Under the pieces are notes generated by a model. The model was not told the origin of the DNA. It ran no database searches and was given only the letters and a program-made list of their open reading frames with translations. The position numbers and the translations under genes were made by a program. From IMG/VR virus record IMGVR_UViG_3300044535_001062, positions 55 to 64,054 of that record: a stretch of 64,000 nt of DNA; one strand, given 5' to 3'. The stretch comes from a virus (lineage: Duplodnaviria > Caudoviricetes). This document shows, piece after piece, positions 17,546 through 26,545 of the stretch; position 1 is the first letter of the stretch; the number at the start of each line of letters is the position of its first letter.

Positions 17546-19367
17546 TTTCTTTCCAAACACGCACTGCCTTGCCATCAACCATTTCAATCATAGGAATCTT
17601 TTTGGTTACCGTTTCCGGTCCTACATCACGTTTACCCTTTTCAATTATCTGGCGGTGATATATTTCACACGATACCATTGCATCCACGATGTCAGTGTTA
17701 TCTGCTAGATAATTTTTAGCCTCTTCGATCATCTCAATAAAGTACACTGAGTCATAATACTTTCTGAAGTAATCAATAATATAAGCATTTGCCCTTTCGC
17801 CTGTGTGGTCATTCTTGTACCAACCAAATCCTTTGTCACCAGAATAGAAAGACTTTCCTAAGAGGGACGGTTTTGGAGCCAGCAAATCAAGTCTGTTCTG
17901 TGACTTGTATTGATCAAGTATCACACCTCCCCGGTTAACTTCTATCATGACTTTTGCTCTTCCGTAGTAATCCTGCAGCAAGATATTGTTACGCATGATT
18001 ATATCCGGATCCAGGGCCCTTTCTTTATAGAAAGCCACGTATCGATTTGTATCAATGTTCTTGATGGTTATGCAGTTATCGGAGCCGTCATTCAGTTTAG
18101 AAGACACGAATGGAATTGGATCCATTCCGGCAACATACTTGTGCAATGGATTGTATCTTTCAAGAATATAAATTTTACCGCCTTTCATGGGGGTAACATC
18201 AATTTTTTCTGTATTTATATTTCTGACCAATTCGCATTTCTCAATTGGCGGTGGATTGCCCAATAATATTCTTTCCTGGTGCTGAAGCTTACTCATTACA
18301 TCTGCCGGCATAGCACCCTTGGCATTCGCACTAAACACCTCTTGGATATCCAAAGGATACTGTTTGATAAATGATTCCAGATGCGACTTATCTTCGAGCT
18401 TGTCGAGGTTTTCTCTGGTTCTCATTATCCATTCAGTAGCCATCTTTTCATCGCTGTGTCCATTGGGACAGAGATTTAGTATGTTTCCTGTCTCTTTACC
18501 TTTTTCGTCTAGCTCTGGAGCAGCAGTAATACCCATCCATCCCGGAAGAAAAACAGTGAGCATCTTAATGATCTCTGCGTTCTTCCATAGTTCAGAACCT
18601 TTTTTCTGACCAATAACCGAAGATTCCCCGGCACTTCCCCCCATTACAATGGGAGCCACTTTCATAAAACCCTTTTTAGTAGAAGCCTGTGCTGACCTAT
18701 GAACTACGTCTGCTTTCGGATGCAAAAAGAACTCATCTAAGAAGATATGCATCGCACGGAATGCTTCCAGTGATTGAGGTGAATCTACCGTGTCCCTGGT
18801 GATAATCTTTGAGTCCAATCCGGATATCGTTCCGGTTTTTGTATCCAGTCGCCCCATGTGCAGATAACCGCTCTGTCTAGTAGAGATAATAGCCGGACGG
18901 ATAAACTCATCCAGTCCGTCAAAGATTACCCTTGTCTTATCTTTATACATTTCCTCCAGACGTGTTTTGTCTGCCGAGGTAAGAAGTGAAGTCGAGCCGG
19001 GGTTTGTCAGAGCGATCCAGACGGGTATCACGCCTCCGAATGTCAATGACAACCCGGCTTCCCTTCGTTTTGTTACCATTAAATCCCAAAAAGTTTTTCT
19101 AGCGTTCTCATAAGAACCATAGATCAAATCATCTAAATCACGCCACTGCGGTCTCATCCTACGACCAGTAGCATCTTTGATAATAGCCTGTGTTAAAAAG
19201 AAGTAGTGTGCTCCGGTCAGACCGAACTTACCTTCTATCCAATGCTCGTTTGTCTCTCTTCCCCACCAAAGTTCTTTTTCTTTTCTGGTAGCGTTCGGAT
19301 CGAGAGCATGCTTTGCAGCCCACTTTTCATAGACAAACTTAGATGAATTTGATTTTTCTAGAATCAT
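17529..19367 (-). CDS. terL: Terminase large subunit
   Basis: Walker A-like KRREAGLS, Walker B IFLDE, coupling GGSA, QYP...EVF, nuclease AGMDP, IEVN, DIVDA. Confidence 0.88.
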   Translation of the reverse strand: MILEKSNSSKFVYEKWAAKHALDPNATRKEKELWWGRETNEHWIEGKFGLTGAHYFFLTQAIIKDATGRRMRPQWRDLDDLIYGSYENARKTFWDLMVTKRREAGLSLTFGGVIPVWIALTNPGSTSLLTSADKTRLEEMYKDKTRVIFDGLDEFIRPAIISTRQSGYLHMGRLDTKTGTISGLDSKIITRDTVDSPQSLEAFRAMHIFLDEFFLHPKADVVHRSAQASTKKGFMKVAPIVMGGSAGESSVIGQKKGSELWKNAEIIKMLTVFLPGWMGITAAPELDEKGKETGNILNLCPNGHSDEKMATEWIMRTRENLDKLEDKSHLESFIKQYPLDIQEVFSANAKGAMPADVMSKLQHQERILLGNPPPIEKCELVRNINTEKIDVTPMKGGKIYILERYNPLHKYVAGMDPIPFVSSKLNDGSDNCITIKNIDTNRYVAFYKERALDPDIIMRNNILLQDYYGRAKVMIEVNRGGVILDQYKSQNRLDLLAPKPSLLGKSFYSGDKGFGWYKNDHTGERANAYIIDYFRKYYDSVYFIEMIEEAKNYLADNTDIVDAMVSCEIYHRQIIEKGKRDVGPETVTKKIPMIEMVDGKAVRVWKEIKMER

Positions 19368-19687
19368 TTTTTAGTTTTTGAAGCTGTCCTGTCTAGAAAC
19401 GAACCTTCTTTTTCGTCTGGCTCATCATCCGGATATGCTTCTAGAAGTGCTAGCTTGAGAGATTTATTTATTTTGTCACCAGCCTGTAGCAACTGAAACA
19501 ATGCTTTGAAGTACGGATCGTCCAGATCAATTGTTTTTGTTTTTACACCATCCATCAACTGCTTGGAAGCAGATACTAGAGTAGCATAAAAATCCTTTGC
19601 CGGATCAAACATTTGAACCTGCAGACGGTCAATTGCTTCCTGTTCAGATATTCCTTCAGTCTGTAGGAATTTTTTAAGCTTGTCCAT
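19364..19687 (-). CDS. Hypothetical protein, possible terminase small subunit
   Basis: Helical 107-aa protein coupled directly upstream of terL. Confidence 0.5.
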   Translation of the reverse strand: MDKLKKFLQTEGISEQEAIDRLQVQMFDPAKDFYATLVSASKQLMDGVKTKTIDLDDPYFKALFQLLQAGDKINKSLKLALLEAYPDDEPDEKEGSFLDRTASKTKK

Positions 19688-19841
19688 TCTTCAGTGACTT
19701 AATGTACTTCTTTTGATTTTCGATTTCTTTCTGTGTCTTGTTGGCTTCGATAGGATTATCGCTAGCTTTGTAATACTCGTGCCAACAAATTAACTGTTCG
19801 AGTTTTTTAAACTCATCATCGATCTTCTTTTTGTTGCTCAT
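19674..19841 (-). CDS. Small hypothetical protein (55 aa)
   Basis: Read by hand: MSNKKKIDDEFKKLEQLICWHEYY... Confidence 0.55.
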   Translation of the reverse strand: MSNKKKIDDEFKKLEQLICWHEYYKASDNPIEANKTQKEIENQKKYIKSLKNGQA

Positions 19842-19851
19842 GCTTAGAAAC

Positions 19852-20163
19852 TTATTTGATTTGTTTTACCTTCAATAAAATTAAATATCCGATTAAATCG
19901 GTAATCGTGTCTTCTGCGTCATCTGATTGCTGATTCATTAAACGATTCAGCTTGTCATCGATTCTTACCTTCAATTGTTCTTCGCTGCTGGATTTACTGA
20001 AAACCCTAACCGGGTTCAGTGCAGAATTTCCGTACTTTCTGTTCTTTTCCAACAGAAGTTCTTTGATGTTATCACAAACAAGTGCGATTTTTTCTTTGGT
20101 AGTGTCTACCTCTTCCTGTTTAGAATCAGTCCTAGAACTAACCCTACTATCAAAATAATCCAT
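19852..20163 (-). CDS. DUF1599 / nucleotide-modification-associated domain protein
   Basis: KNRKYGNSA...VRIDDKLNRL...DTITDLIGYLIL. Confidence 0.75.
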   Translation of the reverse strand: MDYFDSRVSSRTDSKQEEVDTTKEKIALVCDNIKELLLEKNRKYGNSALNPVRVFSKSSSEEQLKVRIDDKLNRLMNQQSDDAEDTITDLIGYLILLKVKQIK

Positions 20164-20522
20164 AATAAACTCCAATTTGTCTTTGAAACATAAACTACCT
20201 TCCCGGGAACCGGCACGTTTAATTTTAATGTATCTCTGTACAGTAATGTGTCGGCCTTGTAAATAACTTTGAATTTGTCCTTGTATTTGGTTACAATGAA
20301 ACGCTTGGTTTCAATAACAGTGTCTCTGTCGATTATAAATGAGTCCCGGTATTCCGGAACGATGATTTTCTTTTCGATGTAAAACGTATCTCTGAACCAA
20401 GTTGTATCACGCTCTATGAACTCCGGATGCTTTTTCACAATTCTATCGAAACGCTTTCTCGCATCACACGAAACGAGTATCAATAGCGTTGATAGTAGAA
20501 TGAAAAATCTAGAAAAATTCAT
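20106..20522 (-). CDS. Lipoprotein with C-terminal TM helix, candidate unimolecular spanin
   Basis: N-terminal signal ending LILVS-C; beta-rich DT-repeat middle; C-terminal TM WSLLWIILIVGLVLGLIL followed by NRKR. Confidence 0.65.
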   Translation of the reverse strand: MNFSRFFILLSTLLILVSCDARKRFDRIVKKHPEFIERDTTWFRDTFYIEKKIIVPEYRDSFIIDRDTVIETKRFIVTKYKDKFKVIYKADTLLYRDTLKLNVPVPGKVVYVSKTNWSLLWIILIVGLVLGLILNRKR

Positions 20523-20564
20523 GCACAAATATATTGAATAATGATGAGTGTGGAAAGAAAAGAT

Positions 20565-20840
20565 TTATTTTTTTGTTGATTTTCCGTTTGCTCCCTGGCG
20601 TGCACGGTTTGTTTTTCTTTTCTCTAAGACCATCTTTCCGTCCTTAGTATGACTTAAGTCTTTTCCGGCAGCGTGACGCTTGCCATAAATGCCACGTTTT
20701 CTTGCTTCTCTGTTTAATTCTACTCTACGGTCTACTTCTTCTGACTTTTTATTGTATTCTTTCTGATACCCCAGATCACGCCCAGTAGCTTTGTTCGAGC
20801 CCGGACGTTTATTTTTTCCTACGATTGCGTTCTTTGCCAT
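20565..20840 (-). CDS. Small basic protein, degenerate HNH-like
   Basis: GKDLSH...TNRAR; Lys/Arg-rich. Confidence 0.65.
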   Translation of the reverse strand: MAKNAIVGKNKRPGSNKATGRDLGYQKEYNKKSEEVDRRVELNREARKRGIYGKRHAAGKDLSHTKDGKMVLEKRKTNRARQGANGKSTKK

Positions 20841-20901
20841 TTGTTATTACAAACATAATCCCGGAAATGAACAATATGATAACAATTCCGGACAACTCAT
20901 A

Positions 20902-21288
20902 CTATTTTCTAAATTTTGCCACCTTCTTTGCAATTGTTTTTGGTTGCGATACAAATTGCTTTCCGGCTTTATTTCCTGCGGCCTTAACTCTATTGGTCGC
21001 AGCCTTTTCTCCTGCGCTCAGTGATTTCCAAGCTGCATCTGGAAGATATCTTTTCTTGCCTTTGCTTGGTGTGTTGTCTGATGTGCGCCATTTTTCTTTT
21101 GTCCACTTGGATAAAGATGTTTCTGATTTTGGACCAGAGTAACTTCCTCCGGACTTTTTATATTTCTGAACTGCGAGCTGTGCTTTGCGAGCTGACCATT
21201 CACCAGGATCACCGCCTTTACTACTGGCCTTCACTTCGGAAACAATACGTTTCCATTTTGCCGGATCCTTTTTTACTGCGGTTTTCAT
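20902..21288 (-). CDS. Basic protein, DUF5872-like
   Basis: WSARKAQL...SLSKWTKEKW...RYLP...GKQFV. Confidence 0.7.
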   Translation of the reverse strand: MKTAVKKDPAKWKRIVSEVKASSKGGDPGEWSARKAQLAVQKYKKSGGSYSGPKSETSLSKWTKEKWRTSDNTPSKGKKRYLPDAAWKSLSAGEKAATNRVKAAGNKAGKQFVSQPKTIAKKVAKFRK

Positions 21289-21431
21289 CGACCTTGACCT
21301 CGATAAGCTTTTTTGTAGTTCTTGCTGCTCTTCAGTGAGCTATTTTTCTTTTTGGAAACAACCCCCGGTCTTTTAACCGAGGGCTTTGGTTTCCATTTAC
21401 TTAGTTCTTTTGTGGCTTTAGCTTTAGCCAT
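21285..21431 (-). CDS. Small Lys-rich protein (48 aa)
   Basis: MAKAKATKELSKWKPKPSVKRPGVVSKKKNSSLKSSKNYKKAYRGQGR; coupled to both neighbours. Confidence 0.65.
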   Translation of the reverse strand: MAKAKATKELSKWKPKPSVKRPGVVSKKKNSSLKSSKNYKKAYRGQGR

Positions 21432-21432
21432 T

Positions 21433-21717
21433 TTATTTCTTTTTCTTCTTGCCTATTGGAATTCTGACACCTACTTCAGCACTGTATCCACCATACGAAC
21501 CATAACCATCTTTACCGAAATTGCTACCCAGTTTTACATCTACGTTTTTCTTAACTGGTATAGTTACGTTCATTCCACCACCCATTTCTTTCCTACCACC
21601 GGAACCATAGATTTCAGCCTGGGGCTTTGGTTTAGAAGATTTGGATTTTGGACCGTCTTCGGTAAAAATCTTCTTCATGTACTTTTCAGTAGATTTTATA
21701 GATTTGCTATTTTTCAT
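21433..21717 (-). CDS. Small basic Gly-rich protein
   Basis: Start moved to ATG 21717, coupled to the upstream TGA. Confidence 0.65.
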   Translation of the reverse strand: MKNSKSIKSTEKYMKKIFTEDGPKSKSSKPKPQAEIYGSGGRKEMGGGMNVTIPVKKNVDVKLGSNFGKDGYGSYGGYSAEVGVRIPIGKKKKK

Positions 21718-21887
21718 TTCTCTTTGATTTTCTTGATGTAGTAAATTGCTGCCAACGTACCGGAAATAATTGCGATAAATGCAGCACACATAGAAAATAC
21801 TGGAAGCCAAGTCGTAGCAAAGTGTATCATTGCTGATGTACCGGATACAACTACCAGTGAATTTGCCGTGGTGTCAGACTGATACAT
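21714..21887 (-). CDS. Small membrane protein, holin-like (57 aa)
   Basis: MYQSDTTANSLVVVSGTSAMIHFATTWLPVFSMCAAFIAIISGTLAAIYYIKKIKEK. Confidence 0.55.
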   Translation of the reverse strand: MYQSDTTANSLVVVSGTSAMIHFATTWLPVFSMCAAFIAIISGTLAAIYYIKKIKEK

Positions 21888-22111
21888 CACTTCTTACTTC
21901 CTTTTTTCTTGGTTAAAGCTGTCCACATTTGTTTTGCTGCGGTAGCTTTTCCAATTTCTTCTGCCTTCTTAGCAGATACACCTTTCTTCTTGTAAGAAGC
22001 AGCAACTTTAGAGGCAACAGTTTTAAACTCTTTGCCTTTCCCTTGAAGATCCTTACCAGCTACTGCTTTCTTAACAATAGCACTGCGCTGTTTTTTAGTT
22101 CCGAATGCCAT
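21887..22111 (-). CDS. Small Lys/Ala-rich protein
   Basis: 74-aa ORF. Confidence 0.7.
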   Translation of the reverse strand: MAFGTKKQRSAIVKKAVAGKDLQGKGKEFKTVASKVAASYKKKGVSAKKAEEIGKATAAKQMWTALTKKKGSKK

Positions 22112-22115
22112 GCTA

Positions 22116-22439
22116 TTACTTAATGTATCTTCCTATGCCGAGACCAGTTTTCTTTTCGGCCTTCTCGATAGTTTTCTGAGCTTTGTTTTGGGCTCTCATT
22201 TTAACACCACCTGTTGCAGTAGCACCTCTTTTTTCAATTTTAAAAGCTTTAGAAGTAGCTTTTTCCATGATCTTATTTGCTCTTTTATATGGCTTTTCAA
22301 TGGCTTTAACAGCTTTTTTCTGTGAGGATAATTTCACGCCTCCAGTTGCAGTAGCACCTCTTTTTTCAATTTTATCAGCTTTGGCAATAGCTTTAGACAT
22401 AATTGATTTGGGCTTAACAGGTTTCATCATATTTTTCAT
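22116..22439 (-). CDS. Lys-rich protein with internal 44-aa repeat
   Basis: KIEKRGATATGGVK occurs twice; start moved to ATG 22439. Confidence 0.7.
   Translation of the reverse strand: MKNMMKPVKPKSIMSKAIAKADKIEKRGATATGGVKLSSQKKAVKAIEKPYKRANKIMEKATSKAFKIEKRGATATGGVKMRAQNKAQKTIEKAEKKTGLGIGRYIK
22213..22374. repeat. 30-bp exact direct repeat, 132 bp apart
   Basis: GTTGCAGTAGCACCTCTTTTTTCAATTTTA at 22213-22242 and 22345-22374. Confidence 0.9.
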
Positions 22440-22453
22440 ACTCAAATATAAAA

Positions 22454-22567
22454 TTATTTTTTCTTTTTTGCAACTTTCTTCATCATGGCCTTTTTGCTGC
22501 CATACATTTCCATACCACCGTACTCAGACATTTTCTTTCCGGCAGCTTTTTTCATTGGTTTTTTCAT
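22454..22567 (-). CDS. Tiny Lys/Met-rich peptide (37 aa)
   Basis: MKKPMKKAAGKKMSEYGGMEMYGSKKAMMKKVAKKKK. Confidence 0.6.
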   Translation of the reverse strand: MKKPMKKAAGKKMSEYGGMEMYGSKKAMMKKVAKKKK

Positions 22568-22580
22568 GTAATCTTTAACT

Positions 22581-23045
22581 TTAAAAATTTTGATCACCTT
22601 GTCTTGTTTTACAAGCTTTTGCACTTCCTCCGCAACCAGTTAGCCGTGCACTCATAACTTTATGAGTTTTCTTAAATGCTTCTTTCACATCTCTTTTAAC
22701 TCTTCTGAGTTTTGCTCCTGTTTTAGTAGGAGAAGTTGCACGAACTCTTTTTTTACTCTGTTCTGTAGCTGCAGCTGCCATCTTCACACGTTGTGCTCTA
22801 CTATAACCAGTTTCTTGACGCATTTCTTTTGTAGATTTGCCTAACTTACCCCCGACAATTCCTATGGTAGTGCCACCTTTGTTCATTCTTGTTGCACCAA
22901 GGGTAGCATCTTTTGAATTCGCCTTATACTTAATAAGACTATTTCCGCTCTGTGGGTTCAGCTTCTGATTGAAAGAAGCTCTTTTTTCAAATTTGCTAGG
23001 TTTAGGTTCACCAGACAATTTTTTATTTGATTTCATTGATTTCAT
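22581..23045 (-). CDS. Lys/Arg-rich protein
   Basis: 154-aa ORF. Confidence 0.7.
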   Translation of the reverse strand: MKSMKSNKKLSGEPKPSKFEKRASFNQKLNPQSGNSLIKYKANSKDATLGATRMNKGGTTIGIVGGKLGKSTKEMRQETGYSRAQRVKMAAAATEQSKKRVRATSPTKTGAKLRRVKRDVKEAFKKTHKVMSARLTGCGGSAKACKTRQGDQNF

Positions 23046-23404
23046 AACGGTCTCTTTTTTGTTTTATGTTTAATATCAACAAGGACAGTTCCGGCAGTAG
23101 CAGCAAGCCCACCAGCTAGCATCGCAAGATTTTCTCTGCGGTTTCTTTTTTTAGCAGCTTTTCTTTCTTTACTGGCAGCAATACTCCTTTCTACCATTTT
23201 ACCTGTATTCAATTTCTTGGGCAAAGGTTTATCCATTTTAGCTGCTTTAGCAATACCCATTGGTTTAATGTTTTCAGATTTTTTAGAAACAAGTGTCGAT
23301 GTGTATTTTTTCATTTTCATCGCAGGTTTCATGTCTTTCATGGTAGACTTTTTCATGTCTTTCATCATGGACTTTGGTTTACCGGGGCCAGTTATCTTTT
23401 TCAT
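23042..23404 (-). CDS. Lys/Met-rich protein with hydrophobic C-terminal segment
   Basis: 120-aa ORF with MKDMK repeats. Confidence 0.7.
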   Translation of the reverse strand: MKKITGPGKPKSMMKDMKKSTMKDMKPAMKMKKYTSTLVSKKSENIKPMGIAKAAKMDKPLPKKLNTGKMVERSIAASKERKAAKKRNRRENLAMLAGGLAATAGTVLVDIKHKTKKRPL

Positions 23405-23435
23405 ATTTCAAATATAATTAATTATTATTAAACTT

Positions 23436-23744
23436 TCACCATTTAACTTTGTCAGCCCACCATGCAGCTGACATCTTACCTTTAGCTATGTTCTTGGCGT
23501 GGCGTGCTTTGAATGAAGCTCTTTTTGCTTTCATACGATCTGACTCCCCAGCCTTTGGTTTTCCGGCAGTTCCTGTTACAGAACCAACTTTTTTACCCTG
23601 TTGACCAAAACGAATAGTTTTAATCTTGTCACCCTCTTTGGCAACAACGATGTGACTCTTCTTGGGATGGTCTGGGGTTGCCTTGGGTTTATTGTAACCG
23701 GATACCCCAGCCTTAGTTAATCTGCTGTCCTTCTTTATCGGCAT
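23436..23744 (-). CDS. Basic protein, DUF6321-like
   Basis: GVSGYNKPK.TP.HP.KSH...IRFGQQG...SFKARH...SAAWWADKVKW; start moved to ATG 23744. Confidence 0.7.
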   Translation of the reverse strand: MPIKKDSRLTKAGVSGYNKPKATPDHPKKSHIVVAKEGDKIKTIRFGQQGKKVGSVTGTAGKPKAGESDRMKAKRASFKARHAKNIAKGKMSAAWWADKVKW

Positions 23745-23937
23745 ACTTCTTAGCAAATTTTTCTGCAACAGTTCCCAGGCCGTAAGCAATGGTAACATAT
23801 TCCACTGCCTCGACTGCTCTATCGCACTTACAAACAAACATATAAATCAATAGGCTTATAAAGCCCATTGCTCCAAGAACTCTCTTGTGAGAAATGCCCT
23901 CAGACGAGGAGAACATATCTACGAGAAACTTTTTCAT
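23713..23937 (-). CDS. Holin-like membrane protein
   Basis: ISHKRVLG followed by two hydrophobic segments and a charged tail. Confidence 0.5.
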   Translation of the reverse strand: MKKFLVDMFSSSEGISHKRVLGAMGFISLLIYMFVCKCDRAVEAVEYVTIAYGLGTVAEKFAKKYADKEGQQIN

Positions 23938-24185
23938 TCAAATGGCGGTGCTGGTTTTGGATTGTAGGGAATAAGCGGTAAGTTTTGCACCCACATAAAA
24001 TCAGGGTTAACGCACTGACTGATTTCTTCAACGGAAATCACCCACCTATCGTCATTGTCCTGAATGGGGTTAAAATAGCTGTCATCCATGTACCATTGGC
24101 CGACAATCAAATCTTTGTCAGTTTCAGTTAACAGCCCAACATAAAGGGCATACTCTTCGGGTGCTATTTCGGATAGTTTATACAT
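23934..24185 (-). CDS. Conserved hypothetical protein (possible tail-fibre chaperone)
   Basis: FNPIQD.DD.WVISVEEI...LPLIPY.PKP; follows a fibre-like gene. Confidence 0.65.
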   Translation of the reverse strand: MYKLSEIAPEEYALYVGLLTETDKDLIVGQWYMDDSYFNPIQDNDDRWVISVEEISQCVNPDFMWVQNLPLIPYNPKPAPPFE

Positions 24186-24996
24186 TTCGTGAAAGGGTTG
24201 TTTGGTATGCTTGTACTGCGGTATAAAGATTGGCTGCTTCGGTGTCGGTTAGGCCAGAACCGATGGATGAGAAAGCGCACTCTCTATTTGAATAGATAAA
24301 AAGTACATTATCCGTGAAAGCACCTATTCGAATTTGTCCATTACTTGGCAAACTACTTGTGATTGTATTTGTATTTGTTGAACCAATTTGTCCCGAATTT
24401 CTATATGCTTTTTGTAGATTGTTTGCTGTTCTACTTGTAAGAAATAATCCTGTTGAATTAGTTGATGCCATTGAAAAAGTTATCCTTCCATTTGTATTAT
24501 TATTTTGGTCATAAAAGGCAGTTCCTGAAGATTTTATGCCCATAACTATTCTACTTGTAGCAGGACCAAAACCCATTTCAAAATAAGGACCATCATTGTT
24601 TGTTCTTGAATAATAACTTAAATGTGTGCTAAATTGTGATAAAGTATTAGGAACAATAAAAGTATTTGCAATACCATTTGTTCCATTTGGTGTTGCACCA
24701 TTTGAACTATGTGTCCACCCACCTGAAAACACCAACCTGAATGCAGCATCCAAATCTCTTGGGTCTTTCAAGTTCCATTTGTGAGTTGTAGCAGTTCCAC
24801 CAACAAAAGGATATATGGCTTTCATTTTTGTCCAAATGCCGTATGTTTTGAGGTCAACCACCAAAGTATTGATTGCACTCTGTTGGGTGGCATCAGTTAT
24901 ACCAGCGGCTGTGATAAATGCAGTTGCATCGGGATCAAGCGGTGCTGCACCACTACCGAAAAATTTCGGCCTTATATTTACTCCGATTCCTATCAT
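24178..24996 (-). CDS. Putative virion / receptor-binding protein (lectin-like beta sandwich)
   Basis: Thr/Ser/Gly/Asn-rich; IWTKM.AIYPFVGG, GLTDTEA..LYTAVQ.YQT.L.R. Confidence 0.55.
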   Translation of the reverse strand: MIGIGVNIRPKFFGSGAAPLDPDATAFITAAGITDATQQSAINTLVVDLKTYGIWTKMKAIYPFVGGTATTHKWNLKDPRDLDAAFRLVFSGGWTHSSNGATPNGTNGIANTFIVPNTLSQFSTHLSYYSRTNNDGPYFEMGFGPATSRIVMGIKSSGTAFYDQNNNTNGRITFSMASTNSTGLFLTSRTANNLQKAYRNSGQIGSTNTNTITSSLPSNGQIRIGAFTDNVLFIYSNRECAFSSIGSGLTDTEAANLYTAVQAYQTTLSRNV

Positions 24997-25274
24997 TTAA
25001 AGTATGCAATAACGCTACCACTTGTTAATGTAATTGAAGAAAAATGAGAACCTTTAGCGGCACTAATAAGCATACCTTGTTTGATAGTTACACTTGTTAA
25101 TCCAATTGCTGATGTAATATCAACGCCAGCTGGATCTAAAACTTGTGCTACAACGGCATCTGCGTTAACAACAAAACCTTGAAAACCACCGGTAACTGCT
25201 GAAACACCACTTATAACTCTGCAACCTGTAAGGCCACTATTAAAATCCAAACTTCTTGAGAATATTTCTTGCAT
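24993..25274 (-). CDS. Small virion structural protein
   Basis: C-terminal FSSITLTSGSVIAY. Confidence 0.55.
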   Translation of the reverse strand: MQEIFSRSLDFNSGLTGCRVISGVSAVTGGFQGFVVNADAVVAQVLDPAGVDITSAIGLTSVTIKQGMLISAAKGSHFSSITLTSGSVIAYFK

Positions 25275-25302
25275 AATTCAAATATACAAAATTTTTTTTG
25301 AT

Positions 25303-26544
25303 TTACCTAATCTCTCTGAATTTTACAGCACCATAGACTATGGGAGTTCCTGTAAGAGAAGTGAGCTTAAGTGTAAGTGAACCTAATATTCTATTATTAC
25401 CAGCAGCATCTAATGTCATTGGGTATCGAGATATAACTGCTGTATTTATTACTGTGGATGTATTAGCACCAACTGAGGCCCAACCAGCATCAATTACAAT
25501 CGCAGGAGAGCCGGATAAAGTTCCTCCTGTATTTACTTCTACCCCAGAATAGGTAGTATTCACATCAGCCCAGGTTCCACCTGTAATGGCTTGTCCTATA
25601 CATAAATCCCACCTAACGTGTTGGTTAGTAGATCCTGTATTGAAAATTTCAACATCGATGTACGCCACACGCATTCTATTGGTTATCCCATTGAACGTAA
25701 GTTTGGGCCTCAGAGTCATTAGCTGAACCCCAGCCGTAGAAGTAGTAACACTTGCAGCAGTTTGAAAGGTATATCCAAATACGTTTATATCTTCACTACC
25801 ACCCTCTGATATTACAGCAGAGCATATAAAGTCCATTGTTGTACTAGATAGTGCTGAACACGTCATACCACACCTCACAGGCAAATTAGCAGATTGAATA
25901 TAAGGATGAGTCTCGTTATTGGCGTGTTTAAACTCGTGAGCATAAATAATTTGACCGCCCAAATCAAAACCTATACGAACACGACCTACATAAAGAGCTT
26001 GAATATCTATAACTAAAATCTGAGTCTTGGTAATATCAAGCGTAATTCCGCTCGGTCCTGTACCATCCAATTTATCTAGGTTCCAAGATGATTGCGTAAC
26101 GGTCTCATTGCCTGCTCCACTTCCAGAATAAATGTGGAATTGTTTAGTTGTTCCGTTAAGTTGAAATTCTATACCATTAACACCATCTGAGTATCCGGCA
26201 AATTTAACTACGTTTGCTACAGCCGCAATCATATTGAATGTTACGAATATGAGCTGAGACCGCCCCGGTTGGTACGGCAAATACTCATAGCTCTGCATAA
26301 AACTCTTACCTCCTGCTCCTGTTCCGGCAAAAGTTAAAGTAGCACATCTATTGGTTGCGTCATGCGCTATAACAGCCCCGGCTCCATTTGTAATTTGCTC
26401 AAATAGAATCGGATTAAGATCGTAAGTAAATTGGCTATTAAACAGAATCAAAGGATTGCTCACACGCAAACGGCTAAATGCATCTAAATTAGCCGAATCT
26501 TTAATCGTTACTGCGTCTGATGGTTTGGTAAATCCTTGTGCCAT
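25303..26544 (-). CDS. Putative tail fibre / spike protein
   Basis: DAFSRLRVSNP, YQPG.S, Q..WN.D.LDG.GPSG, GRVR.GF; beta-rich. Confidence 0.55.
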   Translation of the reverse strand: MAQGFTKPSDAVTIKDSANLDAFSRLRVSNPLILFNSQFTYDLNPILFEQITNGAGAVIAHDATNRCATLTFAGTGAGGKSFMQSYEYLPYQPGRSQLIFVTFNMIAAVANVVKFAGYSDGVNGIEFQLNGTTKQFHIYSGSGAGNETVTQSSWNLDKLDGTGPSGITLDITKTQILVIDIQALYVGRVRIGFDLGGQIIYAHEFKHANNETHPYIQSANLPVRCGMTCSALSSTTMDFICSAVISEGGSEDINVFGYTFQTAASVTTSTAGVQLMTLRPKLTFNGITNRMRVAYIDVEIFNTGSTNQHVRWDLCIGQAITGGTWADVNTTYSGVEVNTGGTLSGSPAIVIDAGWASVGANTSTVINTAVISRYPMTLDAAGNNRILGSLTLKLTSLTGTPIVYGAVKFREIR

Positions 26545-26545
26545 A

